In this document: one piece after another, positions 17,246-26,182 of the stretch
How positions within the stretch are numbered: the first letter of the stretch is position 1
How the letters are laid out: every line of letters begins with the position of its first letter
Source of the DNA: Opitutales bacterium
Lineage (GTDB): Bacteria > Verrucomicrobiota > Verrucomicrobiia > Opitutales > PNEW01
Reading direction: 5' to 3'
Length of the DNA: 32,000 nt
Assembly: GCA_965219535.1 (NCBI GenBank)
Contig: CBDCNV010000002.1
Span: 2,250,001 to 2,282,000, forward strand
Position numbers and translations under genes: made by a program
The notes under the pieces: generated by a model
Told to the model about the DNA's origin: nothing
Database searches by the model: none
What the model saw: the letters and a program-made list of their open reading frames with translations, nothing else

Positions 17246-18811
17246 TTGGGAATAATCGATACAGCGGTCATCGTAATTTATTTAGGCGTTCTTGTCTCTA
17301 TGGGTGTGTATTTTGCGCGCCGCCAAAGGACGACGGAAGACTACTTTCTAGCGGGTCGCAACTTACCGGGATGGGTGGTCGGTTTTTCCATTATGGGAAC
17401 TATTGTCGGGAGCGTGACCTTCATCGGCCATCCCGGGGAGGTATTTAAAACCAACATGTGGTCGTTGCCAGCACATTTAGCTTACCCGTTCGTCATGGTA
17501 TTTGTCTCCGTTTATATAGTCTCCTTTTACCGCCGGACGATTCGTATGACTGCCTATCGGTATTTGGAGATGCGTTTCGGCTACCCCGTGCGGGCCTATG
17601 GCGCGATAGTATTTCTTTTCGGTCACGTATTACATTTAAGTGTGACTTTCTATTTTTTGGCGGTCGCTGTTGCCTACATGAGCGGATGGGATGTGTGGTG
17701 GGTAATCCTCTTCGTAGGCCTGGCGACAGTCATTTACACCGTGGTCGGCGGGATAGAAGCAGTCGCTTGGAGTGATGTAATACAAGGTAACTTACTTATC
17801 ATCGGCGGTCTGATTTGTCTGGGTGTTGTGCTTTTCTCATCCGATGCTGGTCCCACCGCAATTGTCGCCAAGGCATGGGAGGGGGGAAAGTTTTCATTGG
17901 GCAATTGGGATTTCAGCTGGTATGAAAAAAATCAGTGGTTTTTCGTTGTTGGCGGGGTCTTGGGCGCACTCGGGGGTTTAGCCTGTGACCAGTCCAATGT
18001 ACAACGTTATCTCCTGGCGAAGACCGACAAAGAAGCAGCTCGAGCAGCTTATATGGGAGCAGTGGTGTGTGTTCCCATCTGGATTCTTTTTATGGTTATA
18101 GGAGGATTAACGTGGGCATTTTATGAATTATCAACGGATCCTCTTCCAGCCGAGGTGCTACAACAAAAGGACTTTATCATTCCTTACTTTATTAAAACCC
18201 AATTACCTGCAGGATTGGTTGGGCTTATTTTAGCGGCGTTATTGGCCGCAGCCATGTCCTCGATAGATTCAAATTTGAATGCCATTGCGCTGGTGGTCGT
18301 CAATGATTTATACGTGCGACTGAACCCAAAATCCAATGATAGACATCGACTGCTTCTCGGTAAATCTGTGGTTTTGTTTTTTGGCGTGTCCTCGATCATC
18401 ATGGCACAACAATGGATCGGGATTAAATCGGTCATTGAATTATCCATTATTGTAGGAACGATGATACCGGGGGGGATTCTTGGTGTGTTTACCCTTGGGT
18501 TTTTATTTCGATGGACGACGGCAAGGGGTACCTATATTGGTGTTGTCGTTAGTATACTCTTTAATTCGTGGGCAGCGTTTACGCGTATTACTCTCCCGGG
18601 AATGGAATCACCCTTGCTTGATTTTGGGCGTTTTAATTACACCTTGAGTCCATTCGTGATTGGAATCTTCAGCCTTTTTGTTCTCATGGGCGCAGGGATG
18701 CTGGCAAGTTTACTAGCAGGGGGCCCCCGACCGGATACCAAGGATCTTACTTTTTGGGATGTCCTCGAAAGAAAGCGGGAGGAGAAGAAATCAGTGAACA
18801 GTGAACAGTGA
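17246..18811 (+). CDS. SSS-family Na+/solute symporter, tandem copy 2
   Basis: 521 aa, same length as copy 1 and roughly 85-90% identical by eye. TTG start with AAGGAA upstream. Identical C-terminal tail DLTFWDVLER.REEKKSVNSEQ. Confidence 0.9.
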   Translation: MGIIDTAVIVIYLGVLVSMGVYFARRQRTTEDYFLAGRNLPGWVVGFSIMGTIVGSVTFIGHPGEVFKTNMWSLPAHLAYPFVMVFVSVYIVSFYRRTIRMTAYRYLEMRFGYPVRAYGAIVFLFGHVLHLSVTFYFLAVAVAYMSGWDVWWVILFVGLATVIYTVVGGIEAVAWSDVIQGNLLIIGGLICLGVVLFSSDAGPTAIVAKAWEGGKFSLGNWDFSWYEKNQWFFVVGGVLGALGGLACDQSNVQRYLLAKTDKEAARAAYMGAVVCVPIWILFMVIGGLTWAFYELSTDPLPAEVLQQKDFIIPYFIKTQLPAGLVGLILAALLAAAMSSIDSNLNAIALVVVNDLYVRLNPKSNDRHRLLLGKSVVLFFGVSSIIMAQQWIGIKSVIELSIIVGTMIPGGILGVFTLGFLFRWTTARGTYIGVVVSILFNSWAAFTRITLPGMESPLLDFGRFNYTLSPFVIGIFSLFVLMGAGMLASLLAGGPRPDTKDLTFWDVLERKREEKKSVNSEQ

Positions 18812-18850
18812 ACAGTGAACAGTGAACAGTGAACAGTGAACAGTGAACAG
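18792..18850 (+). repeat. (CAGTGAA)n heptanucleotide microsatellite, about 8.4 units
   Basis: Perfect tandem 7-mers from 18792 to 18850, overlapping the stop of 17246..18811. Confidence 0.95.
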
Positions 18851-18874
18851 ATTTTCTGCATCATAACACGAACG

Positions 18875-18903
18875 TTGACGCTATGCGACAGTGCACTTAC
18901 ATT
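18875..18903 (+). promoter_or_regulatory. Candidate sigma70-like promoter (TTGACG-N17-TACATT)
   Basis: TTGACG at 18875-18880, a 17-nt spacer, then TACATT at 18898-18903, about 90 nt upstream of the PhyH ATG at 18991. Pattern match only. Confidence 0.25.
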
Positions 18904-18990
18904 TTTTGACTTTTTAACTCTATAATAAAAATAGCAAGAGCGGTGGAAACAAAACAATCGGAAATCGGCCATCGGAAATCGGCATTCGCG

Positions 18991-19838
18991 ATGACTGAAG
19001 AGCAGAAATTCTTTTATGACCTTCGGGGGTGGATACTTATACCGAACGTGTTATCGCCGGCTGAGATTGATGAGATGAAAGCTGAGGCGTATGCGTGTGA
19101 TGGATCTCGACCTTTAAGGAATTCGCGAGGTTATGTAGGGTCATTGCAGAAGCTCTTAGACCATCCGGCTGTCGTGGATATTCTGACCGAAATTTTAGCG
19201 GAACCTCCTTATCTCTCTGACGACTACTACAGTTTCCGTTGTGAGAATTCTTTTATCAGTATTCGCCATCGTGCAGGGACGATCAGCAAAGAACAAGATT
19301 CTGAAAACCATATCCCAAGAAATGATTTGCCCCATGTTGTGCGCCCTCCCCAGCAGGCAAACGCCATGCGCTACCAGGTAAAGGGAAATAAAATATATTC
19401 CGGTCTTACCCGCGTGGTCTGGGAGCTTGAAGAGGTGAAGGCGGGACATGGGGGAACCACTTTTCTCAGTGGATCTCACAAGGCAAATTTTACTATGGAG
19501 GACCTGATCCGTATCGACCGAATATCAGTGAGTCGCCGTGGGAAGGAAGTATACGTGAGACGATGGAGGGTTACAGTTGTCCAGCTGGATCGGTCGTTAT
19601 CTTTACTGAAAGTCTAGTCCATGCGGCCAATGAATGGACCAATCCGGATAATCCCCGGTGCGCGGTATTCAATTGTTACAACTCTCTTTTGGCTCAATGG
19701 TATCTACTGAACTTGGATCACGAGATTATTGAAAAAATGCCGGTGAAACGACGATCTCTCTTTCGCGGGACTTGGAAATTGGGGGAATTAAATGGTAGCG
19801 GCAACTTCCATTATTCGGCAGACAATAGAAGTCTGTAG
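18991..19838 (+). pseudogene. PhyH-family dioxygenase split by a -1 frame change at AAATTTT (19485-19491)
   Basis: Frame A gives MTEEQKFFYDLRGWILIPNVLSPAEIDEMKAE ... TTFLSGSHKANF. Frame B (-1) gives YYGGPDPYRPNISESPWEGSIRETMEGYSCPAGSVVIFTESLVHAANEW ... to 19838. Together they make a colinear PhyH, while frame A alone ends in unrelated sequence at 19617. Confidence 0.7.
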
Positions 19839-19899
19839 ATTTTGATTTCATCGTTAATCTTTTCTCTGCTTTTGTTTTATTAATATAAATCAACTGACG

Positions 19900-21393
19900 A
19901 TGCCAAAAATTCTTATCGCTGAATGCAGACAGGAGATATCGAGTTTTAATCCTGTTCTCAGCCACTACGATGATTTTAAAATCCTGGAGGGAGATCAAAT
20001 CCTTGAACTGAAAAGCGCTAGACAGGAAATCGCTGGTGCGCTCAATGTATTCGAGAAACGATCAGCTATTCAAATTGTTCCCACCTACAGCGCTCATTCT
20101 ATAACCTCTGGCGGACACCTCGCAGATGATGATTTTAAACGTATCGCCCGGGAATTTATACAGAGCATTAAAGCGGCTCCACCGGTTGACGCGGCTTATT
20201 TTGCTCTTCATGGATCCATGGTATCTGAAGGCGAAGAAGATCCAGAAGGATTTCTCCTGCAAGAATCACGCAAAATTCTGGGAGAGGCTATCCCCATAGT
20301 AACTTCGCTCGATATGCATGGTATACTCACTGATCGCATGGTTAAGCACAGCGATGCAATCGTCGTTTTCCACACTTATCCTCACGTCGATTTTTATGAG
20401 ACAGGAGAAAGGTCAGCTAAACTTTTATTAAAAATACTGGATGACGGGGTTAAACCGGTAACGGCAAAAGTTGAAATACCCGCCCTGGTGCGCGGCGATG
20501 AATTAAAAACTGAAACGGGATTATTCGGTCAGTCTATTCGAAAAGCTCAAGCTATTGAAAATAGTCCCCGTGGGCTCTCCGCTGGAATGTTTATAGGAAA
20601 TCCTTTTACTGATGTTCCGGCCTTGCGCTCATACAGTCTCGTTGTAACCGATAATGATCGTGAGCTGGCAGAGACGGAAGCGCTGAATTTAGCACGCGAT
20701 TTCTGGGAAGTGCGGGAAAAGTTACAAGCGCCTTTGGATAGCATGGAGGATGCAGTACGCGTCGCAAAGGAAACAACGGGAACAGTAATTTTATTTGATG
20801 CCGCTGACGCAACGAGTTCCGGAGCTTCGGGTGACAGCAATGCTATCATGCGCGCGTTGATCGACGCCTCTTATAAGGGACGGGTACTGCTGCCCATCGT
20901 TGATCCTTCGGCGGTAACTGCGGCCTTTGAAAATGGGGTAGGGAGCATTATAGAGACGCAGGTAGGTGGCTTTTTGGATACTAAGAGATATTCTCCAATC
21001 AAAGTTAAAGCCCGTGTGAGACTCCTCTCTGATGGCATGTTTATTAACGAGTCCTATCAGAGAATGTGGAATTCCGGTCTTACTGCAGTCTTGGAAGCTG
21101 ATAATTATACGATCGTTGTCACAAGCCGCCCGGTTGATCTATATGATCGCTCACTTTTTCTCGCTATGGGGCAGGATCCAAAAAACTTTGACCTCGTGGT
21201 CGTAAAATCTCCCCATTGCCAATATCAATTCTATGAAGAATGGGCCGCTTGTCATGTCAACGTGGACGCACCGGGTTCGACGAGCGCGAATTTAAAAAGT
21301 TTGGGTCATACACGCTGTGCCCGGCCTGTTTTTCCTTTGGATGATGACGTGACTTTTAACCCTCAAGTTAAAATTTTTAAACGGCCCGCTTAA
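19900..21393 (+). CDS. MlrC/M81-family metallopeptidase-like protein
   Basis: ILIAECRQEISSFNPV at the N-terminus. VDAAYFALHGSMVSEGEEDPEGFLL..RKILGEAIPIVTSLDMHGILTDRMVKHSDAIVVFHTYPHVDFYETGERSAKLL matches the conserved MlrC N-domain pattern as recalled. 497 aa. Confidence 0.7.
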   Translation: MPKILIAECRQEISSFNPVLSHYDDFKILEGDQILELKSARQEIAGALNVFEKRSAIQIVPTYSAHSITSGGHLADDDFKRIAREFIQSIKAAPPVDAAYFALHGSMVSEGEEDPEGFLLQESRKILGEAIPIVTSLDMHGILTDRMVKHSDAIVVFHTYPHVDFYETGERSAKLLLKILDDGVKPVTAKVEIPALVRGDELKTETGLFGQSIRKAQAIENSPRGLSAGMFIGNPFTDVPALRSYSLVVTDNDRELAETEALNLARDFWEVREKLQAPLDSMEDAVRVAKETTGTVILFDAADATSSGASGDSNAIMRALIDASYKGRVLLPIVDPSAVTAAFENGVGSIIETQVGGFLDTKRYSPIKVKARVRLLSDGMFINESYQRMWNSGLTAVLEADNYTIVVTSRPVDLYDRSLFLAMGQDPKNFDLVVVKSPHCQYQFYEEWAACHVNVDAPGSTSANLKSLGHTRCARPVFPLDDDVTFNPQVKIFKRPA

Positions 21394-21460
21394 TTTGTTA
21401 CTCATATAAGTTTTAAAAACTAACTACTGAATTTAGAGAGGAAACTTTGGAAATTTATCG

Positions 21461-22342
21461 ATGACTAACGTAGCGATGAACAACGTCGAGCCGTTCAATG
21501 ATTGCAGCGATGTCTTGCAGGATCAGGATCGACTCCTGTCGCGCGCCACTGACAATGGCTACCTCTACTTTCCACGCCTCCTTCCGGCCGACGAGATAAT
21601 GCGGCTGCGCCATGAGCTTCTGCTGATTCACAAGCGACACGACTTACTCAAAGAGGGAACCGATCCGGATGCGGCCATTCACAAGGAGGGAGTCTACGTT
21701 GACGTCGAATATGTGAAGAGACCTACACCTGAGGTCAGGACTTTTTACAACGAGGTTCTCGGGTTGCGCAGCTTCAATGCTTTCTTCCATCACCCGACTG
21801 TTTTAAGCGTACTCCAAGTCTTACTCGGTGAAGAGATTTTGGTTCACCCGCGCGTTATCTGTCATATCGTTTTTCCACAACGCTTCGAGCACACGGTCGA
21901 ACCTCATCAAGACTTTGCCCCCGTTCGCGGGACAGAGAATATCTGGACGGTCTGGATTCCTCTCGGTGACTGCGATACCGACCTCGGCGGCGTAGCCATC
22001 GCCCGCGGATCGAACCAACTCGGTTTTCTCGACGCGGACAAACTTGCCACCGGCGAGGCGTTGGACGATAAAACGGTGTGGAACTGGAACCCTTTCACCT
22101 GCGGCGATGTACTGATCTTTCACAGCCTGGCTGTCCACCAGGGACGCGACAACGTGACCGCTAATACCATTCGGCTCGCGACCAGCGCCCGCTATCAACC
22201 GGTAGCTGAACCGGTGGACGCGCTCGCCCTCGGACCGCAGAGAAGGTGGGCGGAGTGGGATGAGCTCTATGCCGAATGGGACCCTGACGATCCGCTCAAG
22301 TACTACTGGCAATCGCTGCCCCTCGATGTGAGAACCTATTGA
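21461..22342 (+). CDS. PhyH-family Fe(II)/2OG dioxygenase (GC-rich block)
   Basis: GYLYFPRLLPADEIMRLRHELL, EPHQD (HxD), VWIPLGDCDTDLGGVAIARGSNQLG, LAVHQGRDN. Confidence 0.8.
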   Translation: MTNVAMNNVEPFNDCSDVLQDQDRLLSRATDNGYLYFPRLLPADEIMRLRHELLLIHKRHDLLKEGTDPDAAIHKEGVYVDVEYVKRPTPEVRTFYNEVLGLRSFNAFFHHPTVLSVLQVLLGEEILVHPRVICHIVFPQRFEHTVEPHQDFAPVRGTENIWTVWIPLGDCDTDLGGVAIARGSNQLGFLDADKLATGEALDDKTVWNWNPFTCGDVLIFHSLAVHQGRDNVTANTIRLATSARYQPVAEPVDALALGPQRRWAEWDELYAEWDPDDPLKYYWQSLPLDVRTY

Positions 22343-22550
22343 GAATATTTATCTCTAGCGAATCTTTTTAATTATCTCTCACCACCTGTTTTTGTTTGTC
22401 TTGCTATTTTTGGCATCAAAAATATTTTAAATGAACTATTGTGTGCAATCAATATAAGCACTTCCTTACCATCATTGGGTGATCTCGGTAGTATACCGAT
22501 GCGATCATTCGAATGATGATTATTCATCCATTATTTTGGAAAAAATAACT

Positions 22551-22676
22551 ATGAGCAAAGAGAGAAAAAGCAATAAAGAAAATAAGAAGAAACCGGCGTT
22601 GAGCCCGAAAGAAAAAAAGGCGGCCAAGAGAAACAAGAAAAATGCAAGGAACAGTTCCAAAGGACTTTTGAGCTAA
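22551..22676 (+). CDS. Hypothetical 41-aa highly basic (Lys/Arg-rich) peptide
   Basis: MSKERKSNKENKKKPALSPKEKKAAKRNKKNARNSSKGLLS. Intergenic position, no clear RBS. It may simply reflect a purine-rich spacer. Confidence 0.25.
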   Translation: MSKERKSNKENKKKPALSPKEKKAAKRNKKNARNSSKGLLS

Positions 22677-22779
22677 CCCAACGTATAAAATTAAAAGGTT
22701 CTTTTTAAGCCGCGATTAAGCGGTTCGAAGCTTGTACGGACCCCATTAAGTTACGGGACCCACAGTGGGTATTTCGAAA

Positions 22780-23541
22780 ATGTTACAGATTGATCTTAAC
22801 AATAAAGTGGCAGTTGTCACCGGTGGCAGTGGCGAGCTAGGCCGGGTCATGACCAGGACACTGGCGAGCTGTGGCGCGGCAGTTGCGGTACATTATCTGC
22901 ACGGCCGGGATCGGGCCGAGGCCGTGTGCCGTGACATTATTGACACCGGTGGTACGGCAATGACGGTGCAAGCCGATGTGAGCGATCTCAACTCGGTCCA
23001 TGCCATGCGCGGCGCGGTGGGCGAGGAGCTCGGTCACACCGACATCATCGTGAACAATGCCGTGCATCAGTACGACTGGACCTCGGTGCTCGAGCAGGAG
23101 GCGGCGGATTACGAAAGCCAGTTCCGCACCTGCGTCCTGCACAATGTATTCATGGCGAAGGCCTTTGTTCCGCACATGATCGAGCGTAAGTGGGGTCGGG
23201 TCATCGGGATCAACACCGAGTGCACCATGCAGTGCTCGCCCAGTCAGTCAGCCTACATCGCAGGCAAGGCTGGACAGGATCGTGTCTTGCGGGTACTGGC
23301 CAAGGACGTGGGGCAGCACGGTATCACAGTCAACCAGGTGGCACCGGGCTGGACGATCAGCGACAAGTATCGCGAAACGCCGGCGAAGGACAAAAGATAC
23401 CGGGACCTCGTACCTATGAAGCGTCGCGGTGAGGACCAGGAGATCGCCAACGCGGTCGCCTTCCTCTCCTCCGATCTAGCCGCCTTCATCACCGGGGTGT
23501 ACCTGCCTGTCTGCGGCGGCAATGTCATGCCCGGGATCTAA
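22780..23541 (+). CDS. Short-chain dehydrogenase/reductase (SDR, FabG-like)
   Basis: VAVVTGGSGELG (TGxxxGxG), NNAV, and the catalytic YIAGKAG (YxxxK). ATG at 22780 is preferred over GTG at 22765. Very GC-rich. Confidence 0.85.
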   Translation: MLQIDLNNKVAVVTGGSGELGRVMTRTLASCGAAVAVHYLHGRDRAEAVCRDIIDTGGTAMTVQADVSDLNSVHAMRGAVGEELGHTDIIVNNAVHQYDWTSVLEQEAADYESQFRTCVLHNVFMAKAFVPHMIERKWGRVIGINTECTMQCSPSQSAYIAGKAGQDRVLRVLAKDVGQHGITVNQVAPGWTISDKYRETPAKDKRYRDLVPMKRRGEDQEIANAVAFLSSDLAAFITGVYLPVCGGNVMPGI

Positions 23542-23554
23542 GCGGTATTTATCG

Positions 23555-24382
23555 ATGCATCAGCTCAACGAGGAACAACTCGATCATTTTGAAAGTGAAG
23601 GCTATATCATCCTTCGCGGTTTCTTCGGTGAGGCTGAAGTACGGGAGCTTCTCGAGGCGATGGGAAGAATCCTGCCAACAATCACGCGCGGGACGCCGGA
23701 TACAGGTCATGATCCCTGGACTGAAGAAACGGGTGATGACTTGAATCCGCTGAGAGTCAGTTATATCAACGACCTGTTCGAGTATGACGAGAGGCTAGAC
23801 GACCATATGAGGAGTGAGCGCCTGGTTGGTGTCCTGATGGATCTTTTCGGTCCGGATATTACAGCCTTCCAATCCGCCACCGTGATTAAAACCCCTCAAC
23901 TCAATTTTGGCTACCATGGCTGGCATCAGGATATGTATGATTATCAGCCATTATCAAATTTCAAGAATGCAAATGCAATGACTTACCTGGGGGATATGGG
24001 ATCGGGCACCGGCAGTACTTCACTTGTCCCCAGAAGCCACCTTTTCGATATGCTTCAGCCGGTGTGGGAGGATGTTGCGGGCTGGCCCAAAAAGCAGAGA
24101 CGGCTTGAAGGTTTCGAAAAATACGAGGCGGATGTTGTTACGCCTCACTTCCGTCCCGGTGACGTTCTTGTTTTTGATTCCAGACTAATGCATCGGGCTA
24201 ACTCAAATGCTGACGACGCGACAAAAATCGGACTGGTAAACGTATATCAATCCGCGGATTGTATTGACATAGATGGAAAGAACGATTTCCACGTCGCGAA
24301 TCTACCGATTGCCAGTCAAGGTCAAGTCCTCACAAGAGAAGAGAGCATGAAGATGATGGCAGAGAGGCACCCAGTTCGATAG
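23555..24382 (+). CDS. PhyH-family Fe(II)/2OG dioxygenase
   Basis: ATG at 23555. LNEEQLDHFESEGYIILRGFF, GWHQD (HxD), TSLVPRSH, LMHRANSN. Confidence 0.8.
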   Translation: MHQLNEEQLDHFESEGYIILRGFFGEAEVRELLEAMGRILPTITRGTPDTGHDPWTEETGDDLNPLRVSYINDLFEYDERLDDHMRSERLVGVLMDLFGPDITAFQSATVIKTPQLNFGYHGWHQDMYDYQPLSNFKNANAMTYLGDMGSGTGSTSLVPRSHLFDMLQPVWEDVAGWPKKQRRLEGFEKYEADVVTPHFRPGDVLVFDSRLMHRANSNADDATKIGLVNVYQSADCIDIDGKNDFHVANLPIASQGQVLTREESMKMMAERHPVR

Positions 24383-24463
24383 CTGCCCAAAATGGTTGGC
24401 TGAAAAAGTTGAAACCGCACTGGAAATATGCCGTGAAGTAACATATAAGATAGGAGATTAATA

Positions 24464-25777
24464 ATGTTTGAAGTACAAGGTATTACAGAATGGGTTTTAT
24501 ACAAAGGACACAATAAAAAAGGTGACGACCTAAAGCAGGAAGACGCAGACTTTGTAACAGAGAGAACAAAAAGGATGGGATTTAATACCATCGTATGGGA
24601 TGCAGGACGAAGCGTATTATTATACCATAGTAAGTTAAAGAACGTTTCCATGCTGCAAGACAAAGCTCCAGATAAAGATTCGCCATTTATAAAAATATTG
24701 GCGGATAGGTGCCAGCTAAGGTATGGCCAGATGGTGTCAAAAAAGGCGGGACTTCACTTTAGTGCAAGACTATGCATGAACAGACATTATGGATCGGGAC
24801 CGGGTACATCTGATTTCAGCATAAACAATCCGCAACTTCATTGTATCAAGGAAGACGGCAGTATGGATCATGGACGGTTGTGCTATTTCTTTGATGAAGT
24901 AAAGAAGGAGCGTATTGACATACTTGATGAAATGGCAAGCATTGAGGGCGTAGAGTGCATTCAACTCGACTTTTGTCGTCAGCCGCCCATGTTAAACCAT
25001 CACCCAAAGTTGGTGGAGGCTTTCGTTAAAAAACATGGATATAGCCCACATGATATAAAGACGCCCTATTTTATGGATCGCCTTGAGTGGTATCAGTTCA
25101 GAGCAGATATAATGACCGACTTTATGCGACAGCTAAAGGCCAAGGTTAAAGGCAAGGCAAAGATCGAAGCTAGAATACCTGATAATGCTCCATGGTTAAA
25201 CTTGTATAATGGTTTTGACGTGGTGGCATGGTGCAGGGAAGGGTTAATCGACAAGCTGACATTAAGCCCGCTTATTGCATATGCGGCTGATCCGATGATT
25301 TATACCGAATATTATACCACCGTAGCTCACGCATTCGGAATTAAGTGCCTGGGAGGAATAGGATCTCATGGATTAATTGATCCTTCGGCGCATGAAACAA
25401 ATCATTTTATGTTTAAAGCCGATCTGACGGAAAAGCAGTATAAAGCAGGAAAAATGTCCGATATGGAATATGATAGATTCAAGAAATTTGCCGCTATGAG
25501 CCGTGAGGAACAGCATCTTGCTACGTATAACAGAGAAGATATATTCGCCCTCGCTTATAGAATTTATATGGCGGGTGTAGACGGTGTAAGTGTATATCAG
25601 ACAGATACCGTATTAAGCGAAGAGCGAATACTGGAGGACATTAAGAAATTAATAGATCCCGAACAGACAAAGGAAGAGTATGCAAAGATGGGTTATCCGC
25701 CGCTGATGCGCACCCATATAACAGGAGCGGACTGGCATTCAACCGTCTATACCGGCTTAAAGGGATACGATATATAA
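24464..25777 (+). CDS. Hypothetical protein, possibly a glycoside-hydrolase-like (GHL10-type) TIM barrel
   Basis: AGGAG RBS 8 nt upstream. GFNTIVWDAGRSVLLYHS, VECIQLDFCRQPP, W.QFRADIMTDFMRQLK and DGVSVYQ recall the GHL10/DUF-type polysaccharide hydrolase architecture. AT-rich relative to its flanks. Function is tentative. Confidence 0.55.
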   Translation: MFEVQGITEWVLYKGHNKKGDDLKQEDADFVTERTKRMGFNTIVWDAGRSVLLYHSKLKNVSMLQDKAPDKDSPFIKILADRCQLRYGQMVSKKAGLHFSARLCMNRHYGSGPGTSDFSINNPQLHCIKEDGSMDHGRLCYFFDEVKKERIDILDEMASIEGVECIQLDFCRQPPMLNHHPKLVEAFVKKHGYSPHDIKTPYFMDRLEWYQFRADIMTDFMRQLKAKVKGKAKIEARIPDNAPWLNLYNGFDVVAWCREGLIDKLTLSPLIAYAADPMIYTEYYTTVAHAFGIKCLGGIGSHGLIDPSAHETNHFMFKADLTEKQYKAGKMSDMEYDRFKKFAAMSREEQHLATYNREDIFALAYRIYMAGVDGVSVYQTDTVLSEERILEDIKKLIDPEQTKEEYAKMGYPPLMRTHITGADWHSTVYTGLKGYDI

Positions 25778-25785
25778 AGGAGGTA

Positions 25786-26031
25786 ATGATGTCTAACATC
25801 CGAGGCGAAGACATCGCAGCGCAGGACGCAAAGCAGATCGTTGCGGTACACGATACGACTACAAATCCATTCATCGTCCCAAGTATTGGCGGCAGAATCG
25901 GTGATCCGTTTCCTTCTTACTGGGACGGTGTGTGGCATCTGTATACTTTGCGCAAGGGTCTCGATGTTGTTCTCGCCTGCATCAGTGCAGAAGAATTAAC
26001 AAAAATGGGTTGTAAGGTCAGTCCCAATTGA
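25786..26031 (+). pseudogene. Truncated N-terminal fragment of a beta-propeller glycoside-hydrolase-like gene
   Basis: Strong RBS AAGGAGG. The DPFPSYWDGVWHLYTL motif resembles the first blade of GH32/43/130-type propellers. The ORF ends after 81 aa, just upstream of an abrupt shift to GC-rich DNA. Confidence 0.35.
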
Positions 26032-26182
26032 TACATGACGGAAAAAATTTACTGATTAAAGTGAAAAGGCCTGGATCAGGCGAGGAGGGCTTTTGGGATC
26101 TTAAGGGGAAGTTAATCCAAAAATTGAGAATAATTAACACAGAGGTAACAACATAAATTGGTTTAAAAATTACAAAGGAACA

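Noticed and set aside
18906-18926. TTGACT ... TATAAT pair upstream of the PhyH gene at 18991
   Set aside because: Both hexamers are perfect consensus, but the spacer is only 9 nt, which is incompatible with a sigma70-type promoter. The TTGACG-N17-TACATT candidate is listed instead, at low confidence.
18637-18972. 111-aa minus-strand ORF containing SLFTVHCSLFTVHCSLFT
   Set aside because: Its repetitive peptide is just the reverse-complement translation of the heptamer microsatellite, and the rest is antisense to the symporter 3' end.
18991-19400. Whether the frameshifted PhyH has lost its HxD iron ligands and was catalytically dead even before the frameshift
   Set aside because: I could not locate an unambiguous HxD upstream of GSHK by eye, but the alignment of this divergent region is uncertain without a profile alignment. 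No claim is made.
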